Part shown: positions 16,042 through 26,986 of the stretch, one piece after another | How the letters are laid out: every line of letters begins with the position of its first letter | How positions within the stretch are numbered: position 1 is the stretch's first letter | Source: Vampirovibrionales bacterium | Lineage (GTDB): Bacteria; Cyanobacteriota; Vampirovibrionia; Vampirovibrionales; JAJTHC01 | DNA: 54,566 nucleotides | Direction of reading: 5' to 3' | Assembly (NCBI GenBank): GCA_044347425.1 | Contig: JBIKUS010000001.1 | Location: 1-54,566, forward strand | Translations under genes and position numbers: made by a program | The notes under the pieces: generated by a model | Seen by the model: only the letters and a program-made list of their open reading frames with translations | What the model was told of the DNA's origin: nothing | Database searches by the model: none

Positions 16042-18720
16042 ATGTTTGAACGCTTTACAGAAAAAGCCATCAAAGTCATTATGCTTGCCCAAGAAGAGGC
16101 TCGTCGCCTAGGGCATAACTTTGTTGGTACCGAACAGATTTTACTTGGCTTAGTGGGCGAAGGCACGGGCATTGCCGCCAAAACCCTTAAGGGCATGGGG
16201 GTCAACCTCAAAGAAGCCCGAGCCGAGGTAGAAAAGATTATTGGCCGTGGCAGTGGCTTTGTCGCCGTCGAGATTCCCTTTACCCCTCGCGCTAAACGTG
16301 TGCTTGAATTGTCATGGGATGAAGCTCGCCAGCTAGGCCACAACTACATCGGCACGGAGCATCTCTTGCTTGGGTTGATTCGTGAAGGCGAGGGCGTTGC
16401 TGCTCGTGTGCTTGAAAACCTTGGCGTAGACTTGGCCAAAGTGCGTACCAATGTGATACGTATGTTGGGCGAAACCCGTGGTGTGGGTGCTTCAACCGCT
16501 AGTGGGGGCAGTGCTTCGCCTTCGGGTGGGCGTACCAAAACGCCAACGCTAGATGAGTTTGCTCAAAACCTTACCCTTGCTGCCCAAGAGCAACGCCTTG
16601 ACCCTGTGGTTGGCCGTGAGACCGAAATTGAACGTGTGATTCAAATTTTAGGCCGTCGTACCAAAAACAACCCTGTGTTGATTGGTGAGCCTGGTGTGGG
16701 TAAAACCGCCATTGCCGAAGGTTTGGCGCAGCGCATCGTTAATGACGAAGTGCCTGATATTTTGGTGGACAAAAAAATTGTTCAGCTGGATATTGGCTTG
16801 CTGGTTGCGGGTACTAAGTACCGTGGTGAGTTTGAAGAACGCCTTAAAAAAGTAATGGATGAAATTCGCCAAGCGGGCAACATTATTTTGGTGATTGACG
16901 AAATGCACACTTTAATAGGTGCGGGTGCTGCCGAAGGTGCCATTGATGCAGCCAACATCCTCAAGCCCTCGTTGTCTCGGGGTGAACTGCAGGTGATTGG
17001 TGCTACCACCATTAGCGAATACCGCAAACACATCGAAAAAGATGCTGCCCTTGAGCGTCGCTTCCAGCCTGTGTACGTGGATCAGCCTAACCTCGAAGAC
17101 TCTGTGGAGATTTTGCGTGGCCTGCGTGAAAAGTACGAAGAACACCACAAGCTAACCATTACTGATGAAGCCATTGTCTCGGCCGTTAAGCTGAGCGACC
17201 GCTACATCAGCGACCGTTTTCTGCCCGATAAAGCCATTGACTTGATTGACGAGGCCTCGTCTCGGGTGCGTTTAAGCGTGAGTACTTTGCCCCCCGAAGG
17301 CAAAGAGCTTGAGCTTGAAATTAAGCAACTGGTGCGAGACAAAGAGCAAGCTATTCGCAATCAAGAGTTTGAAAAAGCCAGCGACTTGCGTGACCTTGAG
17401 CAAACCAAGCGTGACAGCTTGCGAGATATGGCCGATGCCTTTAAAAAAGAGCAAGAAAAGTTTAAGGTGAGTGTCACCGAAGAGCATATTGCCCATATTG
17501 TCAGCCAATGGACGGGCGTACCCGTCTCCAAATTGACCGAATCTGAAGGCGAAAAACTGCTCAAAATGGAAGATATCTTGCACCAGCAAGTCATTGGCCA
17601 GCACGATGCGGTTGTGGCCATTAGTAAGGCCATACGCAGGGCGAGGGTTGGGCTTAAAAACCCCAGTCGGCCTATTGGCTCGTTTATCTTTAGTGGCCCC
17701 ACAGGTGTAGGTAAAACAGAGCTTGCTAAAGCTTTGGCGGGTTACTTCTTCGGCTCCGAAGATAGCATGATTCGCGTGGACATGAGCGAGTACATGGAAC
17801 GCCACACCGTTAGCAAACTGATTGGCTCGCCCCCAGGCTATGTAGGCTTTAACGATGGTGGCCAACTGACCGAAGCCGTACGCCGAAAGCCGTACAGCGT
17901 GGTGTTGTTTGACGAGGTGGAGAAGGCTCACCCCGACGTGTTTAACACCCTGCTGCAAATACTTGATGATGGCCGTTTGACCGACAGTAAAGGTCGTACG
18001 GTTGACTTTAAAAACACCATCATCATCATGACGAGTAACGTGGGCGCACGGGGTATTGAGAACCCAACACCGTTTGGTTTCGCCTCAAAATCCTCTGATG
18101 CTGACCGTTACGCCAAGATGAAAGACACCGTGTTAGACGAGTTAAAGCAAGTGTTTCGCCCCGAGTTTCTCAACAGGTTGGACGATACCATCATCTTCCA
18201 ACAACTCTCCAAGGATGAAATTAGGCAGATTGTTGACCTCATGGCCAAAGACTTGTTCGGCCGTTTGGCTCAGCAACGCCTACGCCTCACCTTGTCTGAC
18301 GAAGTGAAGGACGAGTTGGCCAAAGAAGGCTACAGCCCCAGCTACGGTGCAAGGCCGTTGCGTCGTGTCATTCAAAAGCGTATTGAAGACCCCTTGTGCG
18401 AGGAGTTGCTCAACAACCGCTTTAAAGAAGGCGACGTGATTCAAGCCGAACTGAAACCGCTGGATGAACCCGCCGAGGCTACCACTGCCGATGACGGCGA
18501 TACCCAAAAGAAAAAAGTGGTGCGAGATGTTCTCTTTACCCACGCTGGTACGGTACCGCTTGAAGAATTTGATGAAGAAATTCGCAATATGCAACGTAAA
18601 GGTAGCAACAAGCCTTCCTCCACCAGTATCACCTCGGGCGGTAGTTCGTCCTCGGGTGGTGGCACTGGCCGTAAAAGTGGCGGCGGTGGTGGCACCAAAC
18701 TTAAAGAGCTTGAGGCGTAA
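16042..18720 (+). CDS. clpC: ATP-dependent Clp protease ATP-binding subunit ClpC, with a Gly/Ser-rich C-terminal extension
   Basis: [38 protein letters not shown]-domain repeats, two Walker A sites ([16 protein letters not shown]) and a UVR-like linker. Confidence 0.95.
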   Translation: MFERFTEKAIKVIMLAQEEARRLGHNFVGTEQILLGLVGEGTGIAAKTLKGMGVNLKEARAEVEKIIGRGSGFVAVEIPFTPRAKRVLELSWDEARQLGHNYIGTEHLLLGLIREGEGVAARVLENLGVDLAKVRTNVIRMLGETRGVGASTASGGSASPSGGRTKTPTLDEFAQNLTLAAQEQRLDPVVGRETEIERVIQILGRRTKNNPVLIGEPGVGKTAIAEGLAQRIVNDEVPDILVDKKIVQLDIGLLVAGTKYRGEFEERLKKVMDEIRQAGNIILVIDEMHTLIGAGAAEGAIDAANILKPSLSRGELQVIGATTISEYRKHIEKDAALERRFQPVYVDQPNLEDSVEILRGLREKYEEHHKLTITDEAIVSAVKLSDRYISDRFLPDKAIDLIDEASSRVRLSVSTLPPEGKELELEIKQLVRDKEQAIRNQEFEKASDLRDLEQTKRDSLRDMADAFKKEQEKFKVSVTEEHIAHIVSQWTGVPVSKLTESEGEKLLKMEDILHQQVIGQHDAVVAISKAIRRARVGLKNPSRPIGSFIFSGPTGVGKTELAKALAGYFFGSEDSMIRVDMSEYMERHTVSKLIGSPPGYVGFNDGGQLTEAVRRKPYSVVLFDEVEKAHPDVFNTLLQILDDGRLTDSKGRTVDFKNTIIIMTSNVGARGIENPTPFGFASKSSDADRYAKMKDTVLDELKQVFRPEFLNRLDDTIIFQQLSKDEIRQIVDLMAKDLFGRLAQQRLRLTLSDEVKDELAKEGYSPSYGARPLRRVIQKRIEDPLCEELLNNRFKEGDVIQAELKPLDEPAEATTADDGDTQKKKVVRDVLFTHAGTVPLEEFDEEIRNMQRKGSNKPSSTSITSGGSSSSGGGTGRKSGGGGGTKLKELEA

Positions 18721-18732
18721 ACAGTCTGCTTA

Positions 18733-18758
18733 ATCCCTCTCCTGATAAGGAGAGGGAT
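18733..18758. repeat. REP-related perfect hairpin just after clpC (terminator-like, no U-tract)
   Basis: ATCCCTCTCC-TGATAA-GGAGAGGGAT, a 10-bp stem starting 13 nt after the clpC stop. Confidence 0.5.
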
Positions 18759-18802
18759 CCTCTTATCAATACTTGCTCTTCGTTTTGATTAAAGCTCTTG
18801 CC

Positions 18803-20134
18803 ATGACTCTGCTTGACACTCTCATCACCCATGCTGATGTAATGACCCCCAACGGGTTGGAACGTGAGCTTGCCGTTGGTCTCGCCAACGGCCAAATCGT
18901 CGCTTTAGGTGATGCTGCCCTTGCTCTGCCCGCCCAACACACCGTCAACGCCAAGGGCTTGACCGTGCTACCGGGTTGTATTGATTCGCAGGTGCATTTT
19001 AGAGAGCCAGGCCTCGAATACAAAGAAGATCTCTCCACAGGCACGGCGGGAGCGGTGCTTGGTGGAATTACCACCGTGTTTGAGATGCCCAACACCAAGC
19101 CTAACACCACCACCGCCGAAGCGATTGCTGACAAATTTGCCCGAGCCCAAGGCCGAGTGTGGAGCAACGTGGCCTTTTTTGTCGGAGCCGACCTCACCAA
19201 CGCTTCCCAACTGGCACACCTTGAAACGCTACACGGGTGTAGCGGGGTTAAAATCTTTATGGGGTCAAGCACGGGTAACTTGCTGGTGGCCGACGATGAC
19301 AATCTGCGGCTCGCCCTACGCAGTGGCCGCCGCCGAGTGGCCATCCACGCCGAAGACGAAGCCCTCCTCCTCGCCAATCGTCCGATGGTCGAAGCCGAAG
19401 GTGTCACCGTACACACCCACCCTCGTTGGCGAAGCGAAGAAGTCTGTCTACGGGCAACGCAACGCATTCTCGCCCTAGCGCACGAAACCAAACGTCCCAT
19501 CCATGTGCTGCACGTTACTACCGCTCAAGAGGCCGAGTTGTTGGCGCAACACAAAGCCATTGCCACCATGGAAGTGACCCCGCAACACCTCACCTTGTTT
19601 GCACCCGACTGCTACGATCGCCTTGGCTCTTACGCTCAAATGAACCCGCCCATCCGAGAAAAGCACCACCAAGAGGCTTTATGGCGGGCCGTTCAACTAG
19701 GCGTAGTGGATGTACTTGGTAGCGACCATGCCCCCCACACCCACGAGGAGAAGGCCAAGCCTTACCCCCAAAGCCCTAGCGGGTTGACGGGTGTGCAAAC
19801 CCTGTTGCCTCTTATGCTTAACCATGTACACCAAGGCCGTTTAACCCTGCATCGGTTGGTGGATTTGCTCTGTTATGGCCCTGCACGCCTGTTTGGCACG
19901 GTAGGTAAAGGCCGCATCGCCCTAGGTTACGATGCCGACTTGACCCTAGTTGACCTGAACCGCACCGAAACCATAACCCATAACTGGATGGCCAGCAAAA
20001 CAGGGTGGACCCCTTTTGACGGGATGCAAGTAACGGGCTGGCCAGTGCATACCGTGGTAGGTGGCCACTTTGCTGTTCGGGATGGCCACTTGCAAGGTGC
20101 GCCCATGGGACAGCCCGTGTCGTTTTTGCCCTAG
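18803..20134 (+). CDS. pyrC: dihydroorotase (cyclic amidohydrolase family)
   Basis: LPGCIDSQVHFREPGLEYKEDLSTGTAGAVLGGITTVFEMPNTKP metal-binding signature. Start set at the ATG at 18803. Confidence 0.88.
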   Translation: MTLLDTLITHADVMTPNGLERELAVGLANGQIVALGDAALALPAQHTVNAKGLTVLPGCIDSQVHFREPGLEYKEDLSTGTAGAVLGGITTVFEMPNTKPNTTTAEAIADKFARAQGRVWSNVAFFVGADLTNASQLAHLETLHGCSGVKIFMGSSTGNLLVADDDNLRLALRSGRRRVAIHAEDEALLLANRPMVEAEGVTVHTHPRWRSEEVCLRATQRILALAHETKRPIHVLHVTTAQEAELLAQHKAIATMEVTPQHLTLFAPDCYDRLGSYAQMNPPIREKHHQEALWRAVQLGVVDVLGSDHAPHTHEEKAKPYPQSPSGLTGVQTLLPLMLNHVHQGRLTLHRLVDLLCYGPARLFGTVGKGRIALGYDADLTLVDLNRTETITHNWMASKTGWTPFDGMQVTGWPVHTVVGGHFAVRDGHLQGAPMGQPVSFLP

Positions 20135-20177
20135 GTATTGGCTTAAAGTAGGTTTTTTTGTATAAGGTAAGGCCACT

Positions 20178-22028
20178 ATGTTGGATACTGTCGTGTTAAA
20201 TAGTGGTCTTCTCGCATCTGCCTTACCTAGTGCAGGCACGGCTAGTATGGTGGCTTGGGTATTGTTTTTCGGGTTGGCGGCACAGTGGTTGGCATGGTGG
20301 CTTAAACTCCCCTCCATCCTTATTTTGTTAACACTGGGCTTATTGGTAGGCCCTTCGGCCTTGTGCTTGGTGGATACGCCTGCCCTGTTGGGTAAAGCTT
20401 TCCAGCCCCTTATCTCAATGGCGGTGGCTATTATCTTATTTGAAGGGGGGCTTAACCTTAGGCTTGCTGATATTAAAGGGGTAGGCAAGGCCACCACTCG
20501 GCTGATTGTGCTAGGGCTGGTGGTGACGTGGGTACTTACCACCGTCATCGGACTATGGACACTTCACTTACCTGTGCAGTTGGCTTTACTGGTAGGGGCA
20601 ATTTTAGTGGTAACGGGGCCTACCGTCATTATGCCGCTCATGCGGCAAGTGTCGTTAAAAGGTGCCGTCCCCAGTATGCTCAAGTGGGAAGGTATCGTAA
20701 ACGACCCTATTGGAGCCTTACTGGCCCTGCTGGTGTTTGAGGCGATTGTGACGCAAGGCCCCACGCTACTGGTGAGTGTGTTGCTTACCAGCGTGCTGAT
20801 GACCTTACTTGTCACCGTGGTGGTGGGGGGGAGCTTATCTCTACTAATAGGCCATATGTTACGTAAGCATTGGGTACCGCATCACCTTGAATCGCCCACC
20901 GTGCTGATGTTAGTGGTGGTGGGCTTTGTTCTCTCTAACACGTTGCAACCCGAATCGGGCTTGATGGTAGTGACGGCCATGGGTATCTTTTTAGCCAACC
21001 AGCCTGGCCTTAGGGTTAGCCCCATGATGGAGTTTAAGGAGAATCTGGGGGTACTCATTCTCTCATCGCTATTTATTTTACTGGCCAGCAGGTTAGATTG
21101 GGATGCCTTTACGCTGCTGGGTTGGCAAGGTGTATGGTTTACGGTGCTGCTATTGCTGGTGGTCAGGCCTGTGGCGGTGTGGGTAGCCATGCAGGGCATG
21201 ACGACAGTCACTTGGCAAGAGAAGCTATACCTTTCGGCCATTGCCCCTAGGGGGATTGTGGCGGCGACCATTGCCAGCTTGTTTGCCCTTAAACTCTCGG
21301 AATATAACGTGCCACAAGTAGAGCTGTTAGAGCCGCTGTTTTTTTGCGTGATTATTGGTAGTGTTTTAGTGAGTAGCCTATTGGCCAGCCCTTTGGCTAA
21401 GCTGCTTGGCTTGTGTGGTAAAAATGCACCTGGTGTGGTGATTGTGGCCGCACACAGTTGGGCAAGGCAGTTGGGCAAACACTTGCAAGATTCGGGCATC
21501 CCCGTGTGTTTGGTAGACAGTAACACCAGCCAAATTGCGTTGGCCAAAGCGGCCAATTTAACCACCCTACAAGGCAATATTTTAAGCGAAGACGTGAGGC
21601 TGCAACTAGATTTAGCTACCTATAATCACTTATTGGCCTTAACCTCTAACCACGAAGTGAACACCTTAGCGATGCACCACTATAAAGGGGTGTTACGTGA
21701 TGAGCGACGTTTTCAACTGGCGGCTCCCGAAGGTACCACGTTACAGGCGTTAGCAGGCAACCCCGTGTTTACCCCAACCACCAGTTTTAATAGCATCCGC
21801 GATGCCATGAACTTGGGTTACCAACTGCGAAGCCTTACTTTGGCCGATACGGCTACGTTAGCAGAAGCCTTAAGTGATACAACGCTGAGCTTACCCACTG
21901 AGTTTGAACCTTGGTTAGCGGTGACATCTAAGGCACAAGCCTTGCTGGTGGGGGCTAAGGCAATTGCCCAAGCCGATGCTGCCCAAGGCTTAGGCGGTGC
22001 GGTAGTGATAGGGTTAGTTAAGCCCTAA
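20178..22028 (+). CDS. cation:proton antiporter (CPA1/NhaP-type) with a C-terminal soluble domain
   Basis: About 12 TM segments, LGLLVGPSAL and GPTVIMPL motifs, and a soluble tail of about 200 aa. Confidence 0.8.
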   Translation: MLDTVVLNSGLLASALPSAGTASMVAWVLFFGLAAQWLAWWLKLPSILILLTLGLLVGPSALCLVDTPALLGKAFQPLISMAVAIILFEGGLNLRLADIKGVGKATTRLIVLGLVVTWVLTTVIGLWTLHLPVQLALLVGAILVVTGPTVIMPLMRQVSLKGAVPSMLKWEGIVNDPIGALLALLVFEAIVTQGPTLLVSVLLTSVLMTLLVTVVVGGSLSLLIGHMLRKHWVPHHLESPTVLMLVVVGFVLSNTLQPESGLMVVTAMGIFLANQPGLRVSPMMEFKENLGVLILSSLFILLASRLDWDAFTLLGWQGVWFTVLLLLVVRPVAVWVAMQGMTTVTWQEKLYLSAIAPRGIVAATIASLFALKLSEYNVPQVELLEPLFFCVIIGSVLVSSLLASPLAKLLGLCGKNAPGVVIVAAHSWARQLGKHLQDSGIPVCLVDSNTSQIALAKAANLTTLQGNILSEDVRLQLDLATYNHLLALTSNHEVNTLAMHHYKGVLRDERRFQLAAPEGTTLQALAGNPVFTPTTSFNSIRDAMNLGYQLRSLTLADTATLAEALSDTTLSLPTEFEPWLAVTSKAQALLVGAKAIAQADAAQGLGGAVVIGLVKP

Positions 22029-22034
22029 GCCAAC

Positions 22035-22066
22035 AGCCCTTTAACCACATACTAGGCTAAAGGGCT
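22035..22066 (+). terminator. hairpin after the antiporter gene
   Basis: AGCCCTTTA-N14-TAAAGGGCT, a 9-bp stem starting 7 nt after the stop codon. The following T-tract is weak. Confidence 0.35.
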
Positions 22067-22200
22067 ATTAGGCTTTAATAGGTGTGTCTCTCGGGTGGTT
22101 AATTTTAAAAGTGTGGTCTCTCAGTCTAAAAACAGTTCTCTTGTTAGGCTCTCTATAAAACTAAAAAAGGTGATAACAAAGGGAGTAACCATGCGAGTTT

Positions 22201-22377
22201 TTAGGCAGAGGCAGACAACGCCCAAGCAGAAGTAATACCCGTAACGTCTTCGGGTTGTTGGGTAAGGCTAGCTAACCACAATTCCCATTTTTGATCGTCT
22301 AAGCGGCTTTTGCTTTGTTTGGTAGCAGTTTGGTTGTAGACAATATCAGCAGCAGAAAAGAGTGTGATGGGTGACAT
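22201..22377 (-). CDS. possible 58-aa small protein (MSPITLFSAADIVYNQTATKQSKSRLDDQKWELWLASLTQQPEDVTGITSAWALSASA)
   Basis: ATG at 22377 with AGGA 10 nt upstream. Below the ORF-track cutoff. No recognisable family. Confidence 0.3.
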   Translation of the reverse strand: MSPITLFSAADIVYNQTATKQSKSRLDDQKWELWLASLTQQPEDVTGITSAWALSASA

Positions 22378-22754
22378 AATGAGCGGTTCCTACGGTCTCT
22401 TGCTTCAGGCCATGTCGCCCTAGTTACGCACTGGTGTTGCCGAGTGGTGTGTTTAACACGACGGGCAGCACCCCTTGGTAGCAGGGTGTGTGGCTTAAAG
22501 TGGGGATGTTTCGTCTCTAGTTGAAGGAGGCAGTACCGAGTGTATCGGACACTTAAATAAACAACTATATACGGAATAAATTGTTAGTATTCACGGAATT
22601 GTTACATTTGTTTATATTTTAAATATGTCTTGTTGTTTGTCCTTCCTCTTGTTAGCGCAATCTGCCAACAGAGGCTGGCCAAAACCGCCTTTTACCCTTA
22701 CACTACAAGGTATTGCGTTTTTAGCCCTTGCCTGCAAAGCTTTAGCCTGCACCT

Positions 22755-25700
22755 ATGCACATACAATTGCTTGATATTGACAACTTCAAATCCTTTTCGG
22801 GGCGAACGCTAATACCCTTTAGGAAGGGTTTTACCACCGTGAGCGGCCCCAACGGTAGTGGTAAAAGCAACATTGTGGACAGCCTCCTGTTTTGCTTGGG
22901 TCTCTCCAGCTCTCGCACTATGCGGGCAGACAAACTGGGCGATCTCATCAATAACACCTCCCGCCGCCGAGAAGCCAGCGTGACCGTAGTGTTTAACTGC
23001 ACCGCCGACGACCCCCCGCTGCCCACGCACCTAGCTACCCCTCAAGGCGACGAAACGCCAGACGCTCCCAGTTATGCCGACTACCTTGCCAACCTTGACC
23101 CTGCCCAACTGGTCACCATTAGCCGTCGCATCAAGCAAACCCCCAGCGGGGTGAGCAGTACCTACATCCTTAACGGCCAAGTCACCACTCTGACAGAGAT
23201 CCACGAACTGCTGGCGCAATATCACGTCTCGCCAGGCTCGTACAACGTAATGATGCAGGGCGACGTGGCCAGTATTGTTACCATGTCCGCCACAGAGCGG
23301 CGTAAGATTGTGGACGAATTAGCAGGCATCGCCGAGTTTGACCGTAAAATTGAACGTGCGCAAACCGAACTTTCTCAAGCGGCTGATACGGCTAAACAAA
23401 ACGAAGTGTTGCTCACCGAGATTGAAAGCCGATTGGGCGAATTGGAAGGTGAGCGTAATAAAGCCCTTAAATACCAAGCCCTTAAAGAGCAATTGGCCAC
23501 CTGCAAGGCGCAAGAAGCTCTTGCCGAATTGAAAACCCTGCTTGAACAACAAGCCAGTCTGCAAGCGCAACACCATAGCCGAACGGAGCAAGTGACCTTT
23601 GCAAAGGCGCAAGTGACCGACTTGCAGGAGGCCAGCCAACAAGCGACTTCTGTTTTACAAGCGTTAAATCACAACGTGCGCCAAAAGGGCGAAGACCAAC
23701 ACATTGCCATACAAAAACAGGCCGAAGTCATCAAAGGCCATGTGGCACGCAAAGAGCAACAGCTTGCTTTGTTAGATGAGCAAGATGTTGAAGCCCAGCA
23801 GCAACGCCAACGGCTAGACGAACAGCAAGCGCAAGCCAAACGCTGGCTCGCTGAGCGTGAAACCACCCACGCCATGCTCACCCAACAACGCACCGAGTTG
23901 GAGGGCATGATTGCCACCGAAAAAGCCAACCTCGCCGAGGCTCATGCTCAATTTGAAGCTTGGAGCAGCCAAGACGGCGAGCGAGCAGCCCACCAGCAAC
24001 AGGCACGCCAAGCGTGGCAAACCGCCCAAGATGCCTTGGCTACCCGCCAACGAGCTTTACTAGACGGGCAAGCCCAACACCAACGCCAAGCCCAAGGGCA
24101 ACAACAGCAACAACAACGCCTGCACGAAGCGCAAAGCCGTCGGCAATCGCTTGAGCAACGCTATACTGCTTTGGCCAAAGCCTTTGAGGCGATGGAAACC
24201 GAGAAAGCTCAGTTAGACGATGCCCTACGTCAAGCCACAACCGACCTCACCACGGCCAAGGCGGCGGCGCAACGCTACGCCGTTGATCTGCCCGCCCTAG
24301 AGCGGCAGGTGTTTCAGCTCGAGGCGCAACGCCGAGCCATGGAAGAAGTCAGCTTCAGCCGTGCCGTGGATGCTATTTTGCAACAGCCGTGGTCGGGTGT
24401 GCATGGTACGGTGGCGCAATTGGCACAGGCCGACCCCGATGCACAACTCGCCCTTGAGATTGCCCTGGGTGGCCGTGTGCAAAACATTGTGGTAGATGAT
24501 GACGGCGTGGCCAAAGAGGGTATTGAGTGGCTCAAACAGCGCAAACTCGGCCGTGTAACCTTCCTCCCCCTCAATAAGATTAAAGGCCAGCGTGCGCCCC
24601 ATACCCCGCCTAACCATGCAGGCGTAGTGGATTATGCCATTAACCTGATGCAATTTGGCCCGTGCTACGACACCGTGTTTGCCTTTGCCCTAGGCGATAC
24701 GCTGATTGTGGAAAGCATTGACATGGCTCGCCCGCTGATGGGACGCTACCGCATGGTGACGCTCGACGGCTCACTGCTGGAGAAAACAGGGGCAATGACG
24801 GGAGGCTCCACCAAGCAAGGGGGGCAGGGGCTGTTGCGCAATACCAGCCAACACACCGCCGAATTGGCCAACCTGCAAGACCAACTCACTACCCTAAAAC
24901 ACCAAGCCGAAGTTGCCAACAAGGCCTGCCAACGCCACCAAACCAAGGTAGACGAGTTGCAAGGCCAGCAGCACGCCTTGCTCCCCAAGCACAGCCGTAC
25001 CCTTGCCGAGTTAGAGACGTTGGAAGCTCACCTTGCCGAACAACGCCAGCTTGAAGCTGAACTTGCCAAAGCCCCTGTCGCATTGGCCACGGTGGGCGAG
25101 GCTCTGCCCAACCTTGACGTTCTGCAAGCTGCTGTAGCCCAAGCCGAAGCACAGGTAGCCGAAACCCACACCGCTTTGCAGGCCATGACGGACACCGAAG
25201 GCCAAAACCAGTTGGCCGCCTTGCGAGACCGCATGAAAGAAGCGCAATTTCAGTTGGATTATTTGGAAGGCCAGCTTCGCCACGTGCTGACGCAACTGCA
25301 ACAGCACGACACCCAAAACCAGATGAAGCAAGCTGCCTTAGACGATTATGAAAACCAATGCCAACAGCTAGCGGCCAAGGTACTACAACGCCAAGCCGAA
25401 CGTCAGCAACACGCCCACGACAGGCAAGGCTACGAGGCGCAACTGGCCGAGCTGGACGAAGCGATGGCCGCTTTAGGGTCTGAATTACAGCAGCTACGAG
25501 CCGAACGAGATAAGGCGCAACAAGCCCTCCTTGCCGTAGAGCGAGACAAAGACAAAGCCGAACGCTCGTTGGCTGAAGCGACGGATGCCGTACAAAGCCT
25601 CAACGCTCAACTGTCTACGTTAGGCTTTAACCTTAATGGTGTGCGCCAACACCTGCACAGCCAAGGGATAGACACCAGCGAGGCAGCTTTGTCCAGTGTG

Positions 25701-26405
25701 CCAACCGCTACCGAGGTGGCCAAAACAGCGGCCAGCCTGCAACAACGCATGGCCACCCTTGAGCCTGTAAACATGCTGGCCATTAAAGAATACGAACGTG
25801 TCACCAGTCGCCAAGCCGACCTACGAGACAAGGTGGACACCCTGCAACGTGAGCAAGACGAGCTACGGATGCGGATTACAGGCTACGAAGAATTGAAGCG
25901 CGTGTATTTTACCACCGCCTTTACCAACGTGAATGAGCAGTTTAAAACCATTTACGCCGAACTGTCTGACGGGCATGGGCAACTGGTACTCACCCAGCCC
26001 GACGACCCGCTGGCGGGGGGGCTGACCATTGAGGCCTCGCCACGGGGTAAAAAGACGCAACGGCTTGAGGCGATGAGTGGCGGCGAAAAGTCGCTAACGT
26101 CGCTGGCGTTTGTGTTTGCGCTTCAGCGCACGTCGCCCGCACCCTTTTATGCGTTAGACGAGGTGGACCAAAACCTCGACGGCCTCAACGTGGAGAAGCT
26201 CTCTCGCATGGTGCAGCGTGAAAGCAGGGGCAGTAACGATGTGAATGGCGTGGTCAAGGGGGCGCAATTTATTGTGGTATCGCTCCGTAAACCCATGATA
26301 GATAACAGCGACCGCACCATTGGTGTCACCCAACAACGCAACGGTGTAACTAAGGTGACGGGCGTGCAGTTTCACCCCGATGCCTTGCCTCAAGCGGTGG
26401 GTTAG
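22755..26405 (+). CDS. smc: chromosome segregation protein SMC
   Basis: N-terminal FKSF...GPNGSGKSNIVDSLLFCLG Walker A, long coiled coils, hinge, and C-terminal LSGGEKSLTSLAFVFAL signature plus Walker B. Confidence 0.95.
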   Translation: MHIQLLDIDNFKSFSGRTLIPFRKGFTTVSGPNGSGKSNIVDSLLFCLGLSSSRTMRADKLGDLINNTSRRREASVTVVFNCTADDPPLPTHLATPQGDETPDAPSYADYLANLDPAQLVTISRRIKQTPSGVSSTYILNGQVTTLTEIHELLAQYHVSPGSYNVMMQGDVASIVTMSATERRKIVDELAGIAEFDRKIERAQTELSQAADTAKQNEVLLTEIESRLGELEGERNKALKYQALKEQLATCKAQEALAELKTLLEQQASLQAQHHSRTEQVTFAKAQVTDLQEASQQATSVLQALNHNVRQKGEDQHIAIQKQAEVIKGHVARKEQQLALLDEQDVEAQQQRQRLDEQQAQAKRWLAERETTHAMLTQQRTELEGMIATEKANLAEAHAQFEAWSSQDGERAAHQQQARQAWQTAQDALATRQRALLDGQAQHQRQAQGQQQQQQRLHEAQSRRQSLEQRYTALAKAFEAMETEKAQLDDALRQATTDLTTAKAAAQRYAVDLPALERQVFQLEAQRRAMEEVSFSRAVDAILQQPWSGVHGTVAQLAQADPDAQLALEIALGGRVQNIVVDDDGVAKEGIEWLKQRKLGRVTFLPLNKIKGQRAPHTPPNHAGVVDYAINLMQFGPCYDTVFAFALGDTLIVESIDMARPLMGRYRMVTLDGSLLEKTGAMTGGSTKQGGQGLLRNTSQHTAELANLQDQLTTLKHQAEVANKACQRHQTKVDELQGQQHALLPKHSRTLAELETLEAHLAEQRQLEAELAKAPVALATVGEALPNLDVLQAAVAQAEAQVAETHTALQAMTDTEGQNQLAALRDRMKEAQFQLDYLEGQLRHVLTQLQQHDTQNQMKQAALDDYENQCQQLAAKVLQRQAERQQHAHDRQGYEAQLAELDEAMAALGSELQQLRAERDKAQQALLAVERDKDKAERSLAEATDAVQSLNAQLSTLGFNLNGVRQHLHSQGIDTSEAALSSVPTATEVAKTAASLQQRMATLEPVNMLAIKEYERVTSRQADLRDKVDTLQREQDELRMRITGYEELKRVYFTTAFTNVNEQFKTIYAELSDGHGQLVLTQPDDPLAGGLTIEASPRGKKTQRLEAMSGGEKSLTSLAFVFALQRTSPAPFYALDEVDQNLDGLNVEKLSRMVQRESRGSNDVNGVVKGAQFIVVSLRKPMIDNSDRTIGVTQQRNGVTKVTGVQFHPDALPQAVG

Positions 26406-26596
26406 CTGGTAATACCCATTTTTTGTAAACTGACCTATCAATCAACATCCGTCTAGCCAAGCGATTGAGCGGTAGGGTGGGGGGAAAACCTAAAAAATTA
26501 GAAAAAGAAAAAATCACAAAATAGCGGAAACGCTAATAATCTGAAAACTTGCAAAAAGCTACCTTTTGGTAAAACCTTAAAAAAGGACTGGTATTA

Positions 26597-26980
26597 TCAC
26601 CCGAACAAACCCTTTATCATCCATTCTACTATCAGTGCTTTAATGACATCTTTAGAAACCGACGACACCCAACGTTTTAGTACAGGTAAGTATCGCTTAA
26701 ACGCCTTAAGAAATCGTACTTTTAAAACATAAGAACGATCCTCAACGGGTGTTACCTTTGTAGGTTTAGCTGGTTGCCCTACTTGGTTAAAAGCGTCGGT
26801 CAACGCAGGGTAACATAAGCAAAGTGTTTCTTTTTGCCAAGCAATATTTTTTATACAAACAACTTCTCTTTTCTCACCCCCAAGGGTAATGAAAAGCAAA
26901 GTGTTATCTGCGCTTACTCTAAGTGTTGCTAGTTGATGATCAACAAGGGGTTGTAGCACCTGTAACGTTAAAGGATTCAT
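26597..26980 (-). CDS. hypothetical protein, downstream partner of a HicB-like gene in an AT-rich islet
   Basis: 127-aa ORF starting 6 nt after the upstream gene's stop codon. No recognisable motif. Confidence 0.45.
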   Translation of the reverse strand: MNPLTLQVLQPLVDHQLATLRVSADNTLLFITLGGEKREVVCIKNIAWQKETLCLCYPALTDAFNQVGQPAKPTKVTPVEDRSYVLKVRFLKAFKRYLPVLKRWVSSVSKDVIKALIVEWMIKGLFG

Positions 26981-26986
26981 AACAGT

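Noticed and set aside
22630-22812. 60-aa plus-strand ORF overlapping the smc start
   Set aside because: It overlaps the canonical SMC N-terminus (MHIQLLDIDNFKSF...) in another frame and has a Cys-rich junk translation.
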